64,000 bases of DNA, from positions 7,936,001-8,000,000 of the forward strand of contig NC_043013.1 in the NCBI RefSeq assembly GCF_006345805.1, written 5' to 3'. The stretch comes from Octopus sinensis (Eukaryota). Position 1 is the first letter of the stretch, and every line of letters begins with the position of its first letter. A model generated the notes under the pieces. That model ran no database searches and had not been told where the DNA came from. It saw only the letters and a list, made by a program, of their open reading frames with translations. A program made the translations under genes and the position numbers. Shown here in pieces: positions 1 to 12,840 of the stretch.

Positions 1-499
1 CTTTCCATCATTCGCAATGTGCGCGTGTGTGTATGTGTGTGTATGTGTGTATGTATGTATGTGTGTGTGTGTGTGGAGAGATAGAGTACTATGTATATAT
101 ATATATATATATATTTATCTATTTATGTTACATAGATATATTCACATGCTTACGTGTGTATACATATACTAGTACGCACGAAGACTTGTCTAGGTTAGTT
201 ATTTGATATATAATTATTAATTAATTCTTGTTTGTTTTTTTTTAAATATAATAATTAATTCTTGTTAATTATGTATTTTTATTATTATTAATTAACTAGT
301 ACACATGCCATGCTACTCGTTGTGAAATGGGAAGAATTGCTATATATATATATATATTATATATATAATTATATCATTTTAATACATGTACTTTCAAATT
401 CTGCCTGACCGTCTGTCATCTATCTATAAACATACACACCCACACATTATAGCTTCTATCTATCTATCTATCTATCTATATCTATCTATCTATCTATCT

Positions 500-532
<33 letters not shown>

Positions 533-601
533 GTATATATATAATTATATAATATATATATATATATTATATATATATATATTATATATATTATATATAT
601 A

Positions 602-642
<41 letters not shown>

Positions 643-1090
643 GTGTGTGTGTGTGTGTGTGTGTGTTTATGGAGGGAAAACACTGCTGCTAGCCGAGAAG
701 TAGCGATTGTCTATCATTTCTGTTACAAAGTAGCGAAACTCGGAGAACTATCCTCCCACATCACTATATCTGCACTAAATACTACTACTGTTACACACAC
801 ACACACACGCACATAACACACACACACACACACGCACATAACACACACACACACACACACGCACATACACACACGCATAAATTCTCTTGTTCTCTCTCAG
901 TGCAATGATGTGTTTACAAGTAGGGAACACAAGCGAATATACATATAGTACTGGGTCTGTTTTGAAGTGTAAGCCTCTATGTATGTGTGTGTGTGTATTT
1001 GTTATATGTACGCATCTGTTGCAAACTTGTCTATTATGATGTTTTAATATGGTTTTAATACATGTACTTTCAAATTCCGCCTGACCGTCT

Positions 1091-1740
<650 letters not shown>

Positions 1741-2544
1741 ACGCACACACACATTTAAATACACATACATACATACATACATGCAAAAATCCATACATGT
1801 ATACATCTATGCATGCATGCATTCTTACATGCATGCATACATGTTCACAGGAAGAAAAAAACTGTACTCACATTATATACACATTATTATTGACACCACC
1901 AAACACACAGCTTTATGTACTTGTAACGACACTACCATATTATATACATCTTTGTGTGGGTGTTTTTAATCTATGATATGCTTTAATTCAAATATGTGTA
2001 TGTGTATTCTGTTCGTTGTACGCTGTGTTTATGTAAGTTTCTATGTGTGTGTTGATTTATGCAATGTGAGAACATGTTTATTGTGGCTTGTGTGAGGATG
2101 TCGCCTGTCTTTTGTAAAGATGTCAATTTTTTTAAAAAGTAGATTTATGTGGCTGTACGGGGTGTGATTCTTTAGTTTTGTGTACGTACGGGGGTCTGAG
2201 TGAAGACGTGAGGCTGTGTGTGTGTTTTGGGGAATGTGTGTATGCGAGTGAGTAAATGAGTGTGTGTGTGTGTGTGTATTTGCCCATCTACCCATCTCTA
2301 AAGAATTCGTTTTGTAGACGAAACAGCGGATGTCATCGTGGGAGAAGAATACACACGTTCACAAACACCCTAACGAGAAAAAAGAGACAGAGAGGGAAAG
2401 TAAAAGGGGGAAAATATATGTGTATATATATATATGTGTGTGTGTGTATGTATATATATATGTATATACATGTGTATATATGTATATATATGTATATATA
2501 TATACATATATACACATGTATATACATATATATATACATATAGC

Positions 2545-2670
2545 TGTAGAAACAGTGCCAGATCTGACTGGCCTGGTGCAGCTTTCGGGCTCCCCAGACC
2601 CCAGTTGAACCGTCCAACCCATGCTAGCATGGAAAGCGGACGTTAAATGATGATGATGATGATGATGATG
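2545..2670 (+). mobile_element. family A short retroposon (RTE-type 3' end, (GAT)n tail), 5'-truncated
   Basis: agctgtagaaacagtgccagatctgactgg...ccatgctagcatggaaagcggacgttaaatgatgatg; the same end recurs about 20 times in the window. Confidence 0.85.
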
Positions 2671-2679
2671 ATATATATA

Positions 2680-2732
<53 letters not shown>

Positions 2733-2865
2733 TAGATAGATAGATTGACAGACGGTCAGGCAGAATATATATATATATATATAATAATATAAGAGAGTGG
2801 TCACTATATTGATCACTCTAGCAAATTATATTATATATATAATATATATATATATATATATTAAT

Positions 2866-2969
<104 letters not shown>

Positions 2970-3004
2970 CATCATACATACATACACACACACACACATA
3001 TATA

Positions 3005-3420
3005 CAAGGAGGTGCTGAAAATTTCCTGGCTTTGGTTAAAAGAAAACACAGGAGGATCAGTTAATTGTGATTTTATCCAACATATTCCCCTCCCAGATTC
3101 ACTCATTTATTGCAGCAGTTCTTCAGTTTTTCTAAGCACTGCGAAAACACTCAGAATATTCTTTTCTACTCTAGGCACTAAGGCCCAAACTTTTTTGGGG
3201 GAGGGGGCTAGTCAATTAGATCAACCTCAGTACGCAACTGGTACTTAATTTATCAACCCCCGAAAGGGTGAAAGGCAAAGTCGACCTCGGCAGAATTTGA
3301 ACTCAGAACGTAAAAACAGACGAAATACCGCTAAGCATTTTGCCCGGCATGCTAACGTTTCTGCCAGCTCGCCGCCTTGAACTCAGAATATTGGGCCGGC
3401 AACTTTTCAGCACCACCTCG
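3005..3420. mobile_element. mariner-like MITE interrupted by a family D SINE
   Basis: TA-flanked TIRs caaggaggtgctgaaaat / cttttcagcaccacctcg. The SINE insert (about 3162-3376) is flanked by duplicated actcagaatatt. Confidence 0.8.
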
Positions 3421-3444
3421 TATGTATATGTGTGTGTGTGTATA

Positions 3445-3454
3445 GCTAGATAGG

Positions 3455-3518
<64 letters not shown>

Positions 3519-3521
3519 GAA

Positions 3522-3594
<73 letters not shown>

Positions 3595-3597
3595 GAA

Positions 3598-3668
<71 letters not shown>

Positions 3669-3670
3669 TA
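3445..3670. repeat. (GATA)n microsatellite
   Basis: Direct reading. Confidence 0.98.
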
Positions 3671-3789
3671 GATATACACTCATATATTAATATATTCATG
3701 CAGACACATATACATACACACATAAACATATCACCATCGTCATCCTCATCTCCCTCCTCCTCCTCCTCATCATCATCATCATCACCATA

Positions 3790-4075
3790 TCCTGTTTGAA
3801 TTCCTGGCAGATCATACAAGCTCTCGGCAGTATTCTTCAAACTTGATCTGTTTTGTGCTTTCCTTTACAGTTCGGGTTCCATATCCTCCCAGTTGGTTCC
3901 TATTCTTCTTCTGCCAATCTCTACCAGGTGACTCTCCAGGTGACTCTTGCCTGCTTTTCTCATCTGGGTTCCAATCCAAACCTCTTCTCTTCTCTTGCCA
4001 AAAAAAATCTACCTTACCATTTCAACATATGGTCTGCCCATCTCTTGTGTCTTGTTATTTGTTAGCCAATGGGTT
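3790..4075 (-). pseudogene. decayed RTE-clade LINE ORF2 C-terminus with (GAT)n tail
   Basis: Frameshifted minus-strand translation: KRWADHML..LDWNPDEK..RVTW.RLAEEE..RKAQNRSS.KNTAESLYDLPG. Resembles the RTE C-terminal pattern RWxGH..W.P.GKR.RGRP..TW..AQDR. Confidence 0.7.
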
Positions 4076-4907
4076 CTGCACAGCTTAAACCCAGATCCCT
4101 CCTCCTCCTCTCTGCGCCTCTCCCTCCTCCATCATCATCATCATTCTCATGTGCACTTACCCATGCTTACATGGTTCGGTCCAACAGAATTCATGCCATC
4201 ACCTCTCACCTGTTTCCAAACAAAGGAAATACTTCCTTGTGACCAGACATGTTTTCACGGAAGACTGGAAAACAAACAACACACCACTTACTTGTCACTT
4301 GTATGTCTATGACACTTGTTTACAACTGTCACACGATCTCAAAATAGAGAGACACAAACACACACATACACACACACAGACACACACATGCACACACACA
4401 CACACACACATGCACACACACATCCATACATGCCAGCTTGGAACACAGACATTAAATGATGATGATGATGATAATAACAATAATCAACATCAATTAATGT
4501 CCATTTTCCATGCTGGTTGGACAGTTCAACATGAACTAGCCAGATGAAAAAGTGCACCAGGCTCCAATAGTCTGCTTTGGTATGGTTTTCACAGCCCTTC
4601 CTAATACCAAGCACTTTACAGAGTGTACTAGGTGCGTTTCATGTGGCACGAGCATTAATGCTTTATACGTGGTGCCGGCACCAGTACTCTATACATAGCA
4701 CCAGCATGAGTGCTCTATACTTGGTATTGGTATGGGCAGTGCATATGTGGCACTGGTATTGGGGCTTTATATGTGGGACCAGGATGTGTAGGCTATATAT
4801 GGACCAGGCATGGGTGCTTTTTGCAATGATAATGATTGACCAAGACCTTTGAATTTGTTATTCGTCACTACCACTGAAAATAAAATAAAAAAATAAAAAA
4901 AATAAAA

Positions 4908-5303
4908 GGCGGTGAGCTGGCAGAAACGTTAGCACGCCAGGTGAAATGCTTAGTGGTATTTCGTCTGCGGCTACGTTCTGAGTTCAAATTCTGCTGAGGT
5001 CAACTTTGCCTTTCATCATTTCAGGGTTGATAAATTAAGTACCAGTTACGCACTGGGGTCGATATAATTGACTTAATCCATTTGTCTGTCCTTGTTTGTC
5101 CTCTCTATGTTTAGCCCCTTGTGGGCAGTAAAGAAATAGGTATTTCGTCTGCCGCTATGTTCTGAGTTCAAATTCCGCCGAGGTCGACTTTCATCCTTTT
5201 GGGGTCAATTAAATAAGTACCAGTTATGCACTGGGGTCGATATAATCGACTTAATCTGTTTGTTCCCTCTGTGTGTAGCCCCTTGTGGGCAGTGAAGAAA
5301 TAA
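4908..5303 (+). mobile_element. family D tRNA-derived SINE, head-to-tail dimer
   Basis: Head ggcggtgagctggcagaaacgttagc; B-box-like gagttcaaattc; central ggtcgactttgcctttcatcc; second monomer 5'-truncated. Confidence 0.85.
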
Positions 5304-5309
5304 GACCTT

Positions 5310-5580
5310 TGGCATTATGTCGTGCTTGAGGAGAAGACCCATCAAGCCAAGCAAAATTGTAGTCATGGCAGATACCGGTGTCACGCAACTGGCACCTGTG
5401 CCAGTGACACGTAAAAGCACCCGTTACACTCTCGGAGTGGTTGGCATTAGGAAGAGTATCCAGCCGTAGAAAACCATGCCAAATCAGTCTGGAGCCTGGC
5501 GCAGTCTTCCAGCGTGCCAACCCAGTCAAACCGTCCAACCCATGCCAGGATGGACAACGGACATTGAATGATGATGATGA
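5310..5580 (+). mobile_element. family A short retroposon
   Basis: gagtggttggcattaggaagagtatccagcc...ggacattgaatgatgatgat. Confidence 0.8.
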
Positions 5581-5767
5581 TATAAATGTATGTGTATGTA
5601 TTTATATGTGTATATACAAGATAGCTGCAGCTTGATTTTGAGTTAAACCATCACTTGATCAAGCTTTTAAACATAAGTAGCATGAATGTTGCTTTTCAAT
5701 CCTGTTACGGCTCTGATCATTTTTGCATTGTTATGAAAGTGGAGGACCGTTTGCAGCAGATGTTTAA

Positions 5768-6495
5768 TCCTTTAGCATTTAAACTGGCAATATCTGGCTC
5801 AGTCAGATATTCTACCAGTTTTATGCTCAAACTGACCAAACACCTGCTTTGCAATGTCATACTAAAAGTAAACAATCACAGCATTTGAAATCTCAAAGCT
5901 ATGAGATAATGCATTCCATAAATCCTCGAGTATAGTCCGCCTTTGTGTATAATACGCAGGGGATTTTTAGGGGGCTGTACCTCCGAAAAACCTAAACCTT
6001 GTGTATAATATGCACCCCTTTTCTAACTTGAGTCAAGGAGGTCTATATAGCATCTTTGGTTTGTAAAAATGTATATGGTAACGTCCTTTATTATTATTGT
6101 ATATATAACATAATGCAAACGTGTAGCATTTTTGTGCATTTTGTTTGCAGAAAATAAAGAAATAACTGTAATAACGTTTAATAAATGTTGCTTACTGCAA
6201 GTTATGGATGATTCTTTTATGACTTCACTGCTTTCAGGCTTAGCTTAAGGTATTTCCGTGCCCGACAACACAAAATGTGTCTGAATAAAAATTGCCGGAC
6301 AGCAAATAGAAACTCAGACATTGTTTAGAAATTAATTTTCATTTTTAACCTCGTGTATAATACGCACTAGGGACTTTGACCTTTAAATTTTGGGAAAGAA
6401 AATGCAGATCATACTCGAGGATTTACAGTAATTAACTTTTTAAAATGTGAATAAATAAGCATTATATTTAATAGAATAAGCTGAATAATAAAGGG
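5768..6495. mobile_element. piggyBac-type MITE (TTAA-flanked) hosting a Tc1/pogo-type MITE
   Basis: ttaa|tcctttagca ... ataaaggg|ttaa; same family as 34604-34823 and 45262-45480. Confidence 0.65.
5916..6428. mobile_element. Tc1/pogo-type MITE
   Basis: TIRs ccataaatcctcgagtatagtccgc / gcagatcatactcgaggatttacag|ta; subterminal repeats gtgtataatacgca. Confidence 0.75.
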
Positions 6496-6923
6496 TTAAA
6501 AGGCATGTAGATACATGCCTTCATTTCATTAAGGAATTTTTCAGTTAAAATTTTGCCTTTCTTGACATACATACATACAAATATTCATACATTATTGATC
6601 TATCTATCTATCTATATATATACATATATATATGCATGTGTGTGTATGTATATGCATATAGATGTATATAATGTCTTTTATCTTTTATCTTCAACTTGTT
6701 ACAGTCATTTGACTGTGGTCATGCTGGGGCATTGCCTTGAATGGTTAGAATCAAACATATCGATCTCAAGACTTATTTTTTTAAAGCCTATTACCTATTT
6801 TATCAGTATTTTTGCTGAACCGCTAAGTTACTGGGATGTAAACACACCAGCACCATTTATCAAGCCGTGCTGGAGGACAAACACAGACACAAAGACACAT
6901 ACACATAGATATATACATGTATA

Positions 6924-6960
<37 letters not shown>

Positions 6961-6961
<1 letters not shown>

Positions 6962-7182
6962 GTTAGTCCATTCATGAAAACACAAAGAAAAAACACACCA
7001 ATGTGAGGACGTTGAACAAGTATAGTGTTATTGGATGCTCAGGAAAGGAAAGAAGGAAGGAGGATTTAAAATTTCGAGCGGAGATCTCAGAAACATAGGA
7101 AAAGGAAAGATCCAAGGAAGGGAAGACGGTGGAAAAAAAGAAACATCGCCAATGATACACACGCAGTCACATATTGAATATA
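6961..7182 (-). mobile_element. (TA)n-embedded element, family F1 (degenerate hammerhead)
   Basis: Homologous to 23454-23640, 41350-41545 and 45835-46042; flanked by (TA)n. Confidence 0.75.
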
Positions 7183-7469
7183 TATATGTATATATTTATA
7201 TACTATGGGCTTCTTTCAATTTCTGTCTTCCAAGCCCCCTCACAAAGCTTTGGTTGGCTTGAGACAACAGTAGAAGATACTTGCCCAAGGTGCCATGCAG
7301 TGGGACTGAACCCAGAGCCATGAGGTTAGGTAGCAAGCCTTTTACCTCACAGCCATACCATCAGCTATGTATATGTACACACACACACACACTCACATGT
7401 ATATGTATGAATGTGTGTGTGTGTTTAGGTAGGTGTGTACACACACACACACTTACACATTGGAGACTA

Positions 7470-7950
7470 CAAGACTGTCGCCTTGTCCATGGTATCTTCC
7501 CACTTTACATCATCCTGCCAAACGTTTCTCTTCTCTGATAAGCTTCACAGCATGTTACTCAGGACATATCCTGTTACTATTTTCAGATCCTTGAATGAGG
7601 TTGGACAAAGAATGTTGTGTAGAAGCCGTTTGAAATTTAAAAAAAAAAAAAAGAGAAAAACAAAAAACAAAAAAAAAACCAAAAACGCACAGGAAACAAA
7701 TAATCATGCTTTGTTGTGGAGAGGCATTGTGTGAACATAATCCAATACTTCACTCAATTGGATGTCAGATTATCCAGGGATTATTCCACCTTGCTTTCTT
7801 TGCTGAAACATCTTTCCTCCTTGTTTCCAGGTCAGAGCGAAGCTGTTAGGTGTGGCTGATTGGACCTTAGCAATTTGGCATTGCTGTGTAGACATTGAAC
7901 CTGTTTTGGCAACAGTTCTTTTTTGACTCAGGAGTCAAACACAATCATGG
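7470..7950 (-). pseudogene. decayed Helitron Rep-helicase fragment
   Basis: Minus-strand translation LTWKQGGKMFQQRKQGGIIPG*SDIQLSEVLDYVHTMPLHNK.. then, after an A-rich insert, RLLHNILCPTSFKDLKIVTGYVL..WQDDVKWEDTM. Matches the Helitron segment FTW..F.RRKQG..GRVYTVHP..RLLL..V.GPTSF.DLKTV.G..L.DD..W..T as recalled. Confidence 0.75.
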
Positions 7951-8021
7951 ATGTACTCACAGAAATCTACACAGCAGGAATAAGAAATTAGAATAACAAT
8001 GGAATAAGCAATTATGTTTGA

Positions 8022-8103
8022 AGCTCTGATGAAGCTATAAGATGATACTATGCACTCATTCAACTATGAGTGTATTGCATCTTAGCAGAAACAGCTGTAA
8101 GCT
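8022..8103 (+). ncRNA. minimal type-I hammerhead ribozyme fold
   Basis: agct-CTGATGA-(long hairpin)-GAAA-cagctgt-A-agct: stem I agct/agct, palindromic stem III ACAGCUGU, GUA cleavage triplet; A.A mismatch at the stem II base. Confidence 0.7.
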
Positions 8104-8157
8104 AATGAAGCTCATAATATTATTGTTTATTCCTTTATCATTCTAATTCTTTGTTAG

Positions 8158-8398
8158 GAAGGGCATCCTGGCGTTAGGAAGAGCATATTGGCATTAGGAA
8201 GGGCATCCTGGCGTTAGGAAAAGCATATTGGCATTAGGAAGGGCATCCTGGCGTTAGAAAGAGCATCCAGCTGTAGAAACACTGCCTGATCAGACTGGAG
8301 CCTGGTGCAGCTTCCTGGCTTTCCAGACCCCAGTTGAACCATCTAACCCATGCTAGCATGGAAAACGGACGTTAAACGATGATGATGAGGATGATGAT
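8158..8398 (+). mobile_element. family A retroposon with reiterated 20-bp 5' junction
   Basis: Alternating ggaagggcatcctggcgtta / ggaagagcatattggcatta units precede the normal body. Confidence 0.8.
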
Positions 8399-9519
8399 GC
8401 TCTATACTTAAATGGTGCTTTACTCTGAAGTAAGTTGATTTCTAATATCAGATTGTTGGTATTTCTATGCTTAAGTGAAATATTGAAACACAGTGAAAGT
8501 GAGAAAGGGGGTGGAGAGAGAGAGAGAGAGAGAGATTTATTAATTATACATAATACAAATGCTTTCCCTCTCTTCATACTCATAAAGAGAAATATCCTTA
8601 CACACATAAACAGACATGGAGAGAAAAAGGGAGAGAGAGAGAGAGAGAGAGGGAGGGAAAGATTAAAACATCTGACCTCAAATAAGTCTGTGCTAAATCA
8701 GAGATGCCAAATAGGTGGCACCAAAAACGTCTCATACTCGTACCAGGAATAATATGGGGACACACCATAGTTAAGGTGATATTTAGCAAAAAGCTATCAT
8801 GTTTGCACTATTCAAAGAATTCAGTTAATTTTTTTTCCTAGGTGGAGGCTGTGCTTGCTGTAGATCACTTTCTTCTGTGGAGTTCACTGTTTAACCAATA
8901 TTCAAAACAGACTCTCAGATGCTTAACACAGGGATGGTGATCAGTGGCATATGGTGGTTGTTGTATCGGGTCAGCTGCCACACCGAATGCCACCAAATTT
9001 CGAGCAGGGGTTAGAACAAAAGTGATCCATTAAGATTTGTAATTAAATTAATGAGTAAGGTTAATATTAATAATGAATTTGCCATTTTTGATGGGTGTCC
9101 AGTGCATACAAAGCACACCTGGAATATACACCCCTGATGGTGATCATGAACATGCAGTTTAGGAATGATATCACAGCCTATCTAAAACAGGGATACCTCA
9201 TCATATTTTGGTCCTTCTAACTGTAACCAAAATACTGCCAGATAATTGTGGATTGATACACAATAAACTAGAAAATTGTATTTATTATTTTTCATTTGGC
9301 CATTTACCACTTGTGCTGCAGGAGGAATAAGGTGGTTGTTTTTTAGAGCCATTTGGTATCTATCTCTAGCAAGTTATTCTGATCCCTTTAATATAATTAT
9401 GCATATAATTATAAATTTAATACATAAAATTACCTGCCAGGTTTTTATTTTATGCTGACCACTTGATAAAAATCATGAAAGTGATCTTATCCTTAATTCT
9501 ATAAAGAATTATTGCTAGC

Positions 9520-9692
9520 CATTAAATATTCTTTATTTTATCTCCTTGTTTCTTTCTGTATTCCTTTCTGTGGAAGAGTGTAGGCTCAAAACGTTAAAGA
9601 CTTTTTCACTTCCTGAGCGTTATACTAATATATCTGTTTGTTGTCTTCACCACCTGTCTTCGTCTTTTGTTTTTTTGTGAATTCTTCCTACA
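9520..9692 (+). mobile_element. (TA)n-embedded element, family F2 (degenerate hammerhead)
   Basis: Homologous to 47655-47850; cttt-CTGTGGA-agagtgtaggctc-AAAA-cgt-t-aaag. Confidence 0.7.
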
Positions 9693-9705
9693 TATATATA
9701 TATAT

Positions 9706-10434
9706 ATTATATCAAAGGGAAATGGAAATTAATAGAAATTTTCACTTCCAGTGGCCTAGCGTGTAAAAATTTAGTCCAAAGACTATGTATTACTCATAAA
9801 ATACAGTGTGCATTTAGACACAAGGAATCCACTCATGGGATTCAACATGCTAGAAAGTACAGCTAGATTCATATAACCACAAAAATTAGGGATAAAATTC
9901 AACAGGAACGAAATGAAAAAAATAAAAACATTTTACCATCTAATTTCCCGGATCAATTGGTTTCTGATTTTAGTTTAGCAAGTAAATAACTTTTACTCAC
10001 GAGGTGAAATCGTTTTCAACAGGGGCACCTTAGATTAAATATATAAACACGAGGCGATCAACTATGTGTCTCTTGTTTATACATCCTAATTTTTTCAAAA
10101 TCTACTGCGCAAACGCAGTCCTTCGCTGGCAATGAAAAAGAGCCAACTTTTAAAAAACCGAAAATTATCCAAAACTTATAATATTTAATTATATCAAAGG
10201 GAAATGGAAATTAAAATGGAGATTGGGAAGTTAATAATTGTTTATTATTAACACCAAATTAATCATCTTCCCTTACAGCTGTTTCAATTAATATTCAGTA
10301 AATGTTAAGTAAATATTAAATTTATATGACCTGAGCATCATATCTTCAGAGGGAAAAACAATATACCCTTGGATGTTTTATATCTGTTTATGGATTCATT
10401 TCTCTGCATGGGATTAACACAACCTCTAATTGAA

Positions 10435-10436
<2 letters not shown>
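9706..10436 (-). mobile_element. Penelope-like remnant with 27-bp direct repeat and hammerhead fold
   Basis: attatatcaaagggaaatggaaattaa at 9706-9732 and 10188-10214; hammerhead at 10268-10355; (TA)n on both sides. Confidence 0.6.
10268..10355 (-). ncRNA. minimal hammerhead fold
   Basis: Reverse complement: ttccct-CTGAAGA-(AT-rich branched insert)-GAAA-cagctgt-A-agggaa; 6-bp stem I, palindromic stem III. Confidence 0.6.
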
Positions 10437-10470
<34 letters not shown>

Positions 10471-10574
10471 TGGAGTAAACACATAAATGTGAAACAAGGT
10501 GGAAATAAAGAGTACTCAAATACCAGTGGTAGAGTAATATGCTTTATTTAAAGCAGCAGAAAATTCAACAAAAC

Positions 10575-10612
10575 CTGTTACTCTGAGTTTCGCGTTGCCG
10601 TTCATCGGACAG
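10575..10612 (-). ncRNA. minimal hammerhead fold, U4C variant
   Basis: Reverse complement: ctgt-CCGATGA-acg-gcaa-cgc-GAAA-ctcagagt-A-acag. Confidence 0.55.
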
Positions 10613-10645
10613 TTTTTGCTAGAATATATATATATTTTGTTTTTG

Positions 10646-10683
<38 letters not shown>

Positions 10684-10939
10684 ATGATGATACACATACA
10701 CACATATATATATATATAAATACAAAATGGGACATATATATATATATATATAAATACAAAATGGTACAAGAACGCAAAACATCTGGACAACTAGGTGATA
10801 CAAAAGAGGACAACAAAACATCCAGATAGACATATATAAGCTTCTTTGGTTGGCCTGAGACTATAGTAGAGACAGTTACCCAAGGTGTGACGCAGAACCA
10901 TGTCGGTTGGGAAGCAAGCTTCTTACTACACTGCCATAC

Positions 10940-10970
<31 letters not shown>

Positions 10971-11649
10971 AAATAATATTCTGACAAAATACCCAGGCAA
11001 AAAGATTGTATCTGCATTGGGCACTCAGATCACTGGCATAGCTAGGGTTTGTGCCATCCAGAGCAGCCCTTCAGCTTGTTGCTCCACCATGGTGTCCCTG
11101 AGTCTAATGAGGCTAATGCAGCAAAACGTAATAAGGTATCACCCAGCATGGACTGCTCTGTCCTACTCCTCACCCTTACTCCCAACTACTCTACTGTATT
11201 TGACCAGTTATGCGGAGTTGCCGGTGAACGGGATGAACAGATCAGGTCTGTCATTTGGGAATATGTCATGGCATCCAGTGTATTCATATATGTAATTACA
11301 GACATCTTGTATATATGCAATTGCCCAGTTTTGATAGAACAACCAACGTTGGCAACTGGTTACATATAGGCACAATTTAGTGTTTAGGGTGTTGGACTCG
11401 TGATCGTAAGATTGTGGTTTCGATTCCTCGACTATTGTGTTCTTGTGCATAACACTTCATTGAACATTGCTCCGGTCCACTCAGCTGGCAAAAATGGATA
11501 ATCCTGTGACGGACCAGCATCCTGTCCAGGTGGGGAATATATATGCCATAGAAACTGGGAAACTTGTCATTGTGAGTCAGTATAACTTGAGAAGGTAACA
11601 TTTTACTTTGCTTTCCCAACTTTATGTAAAAATAAATACATAAATTCAA

Positions 11650-11962
11650 TGATTGGCATCTGTGCTAGTGGAGTGCTAAGAATACCATATGAGTGAGATC
11701 GTTGCCAGAGCAACAAGCTGGTCTCCGTGCCGCTGGCACATTAAAAACACCATTCGTGTGTGGTCGTTGCCAGTACCGCCTGACTGGTTCTTGTGCTAGT
11801 GGCATGTAAAAGCACCCACTACACTCTCAGAGTGGTTGGCGTTAGGTAGAAACTTTGCCAGATCAGATTGGAGTCTAATACAGCCATCTGGTTCACCAGA
11901 CCTCACTCAAATCGTCCAACCCATGCTAGCATGGAAAGTGGATGTTAAACGATGATGATGAT
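11650..11962 (+). mobile_element. family A retroposon with internal ~60-bp repeats
   Basis: Repeats of ggcacgtaaaagcacc type followed by the conserved tail and (GAT)n. Confidence 0.75.
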
Positions 11963-12360
11963 AATTATAGTTGTGTGGTAAGAAGCTTACTTCCCAACCA
12001 CATGGTTCTGGGTTCATTTCCATTGCATGGCACTTTAGGCAAATATCTTCTACTATAGCTCTGGGCTGACTAAAGCCTTGTGAGTGGATTTGGTAGATGG
12101 AAACTGAAAGAACCTTGTCTCACACACACACACACACACACACACTCACATATGAATACATTTGAGCCTATAAGGTGTTACCAGGCATTCAACTTCTAGT
12201 TTATTACATCTTATAGCAGAAACAGGTGTAAGCTAATGAAGTTCATAAAATGATTGTGTATTCCTTTGTCATCTCTCCTTTATTTTATTTATTTATTTTT
12301 TTTTTTTTAACTTGTTTCAGTCATTTGACTGTGGCCATGCTGGAGCATACACACATAAAC

Positions 12361-12424
<64 letters not shown>

Positions 12425-12436
12425 TTATTTATATTA

Positions 12437-12747
12437 AGATGTAGGACAAGATAGTGCAATAGCCTGGGCTTCAGAGGTCCACAGCTCTTCAATATCCTCC
12501 CGAAGGACCTGAAAGACCTGCATGGGGTGGATGTAGGTGTCTTCAAAATAAAGCTGGACCTCTTCCTGTCAAGTGTCCCAGATGAACCAACTTCGCGACA
12601 GGAGGTGCAGATGAGGGCACCTGCATCAAACTCTCTCATGCACCAAATGTCAATTGCTAAAAAGCGTTCATGAAGTAAAATTATGTAGCAACAGCAAATG
12701 GCGGTGCCCCAGCATGGCCACAGCTCGTGAGCTTTAACTAGATAAAA
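12437..12747 (+). pseudogene. CR1-clade LINE 3' end (ORF2 C-terminus plus 3' UTR)
   Basis: RCRTR*CNSLGFRGPQLFNILPKDLKDLHGVDVGVFKIKLDLFLSSVPDEPTSRQEVQMRAPASNSLMHQM; pattern GP.LFN.LP..FK.KLD.FL..VPDEP..SNSL is typical of CR1-like C-termini. Confidence 0.8.
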
Positions 12748-12778
12748 TATTAAAAAATGTAATACACACACATGAATA

Positions 12779-12840
<62 letters not shown>

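Noticed and set aside
8841-9240. Possible exon or DDE transposase remnant (IFDGCPVH)
   Set aside because: Frames close quickly and the similarity is too weak to call.
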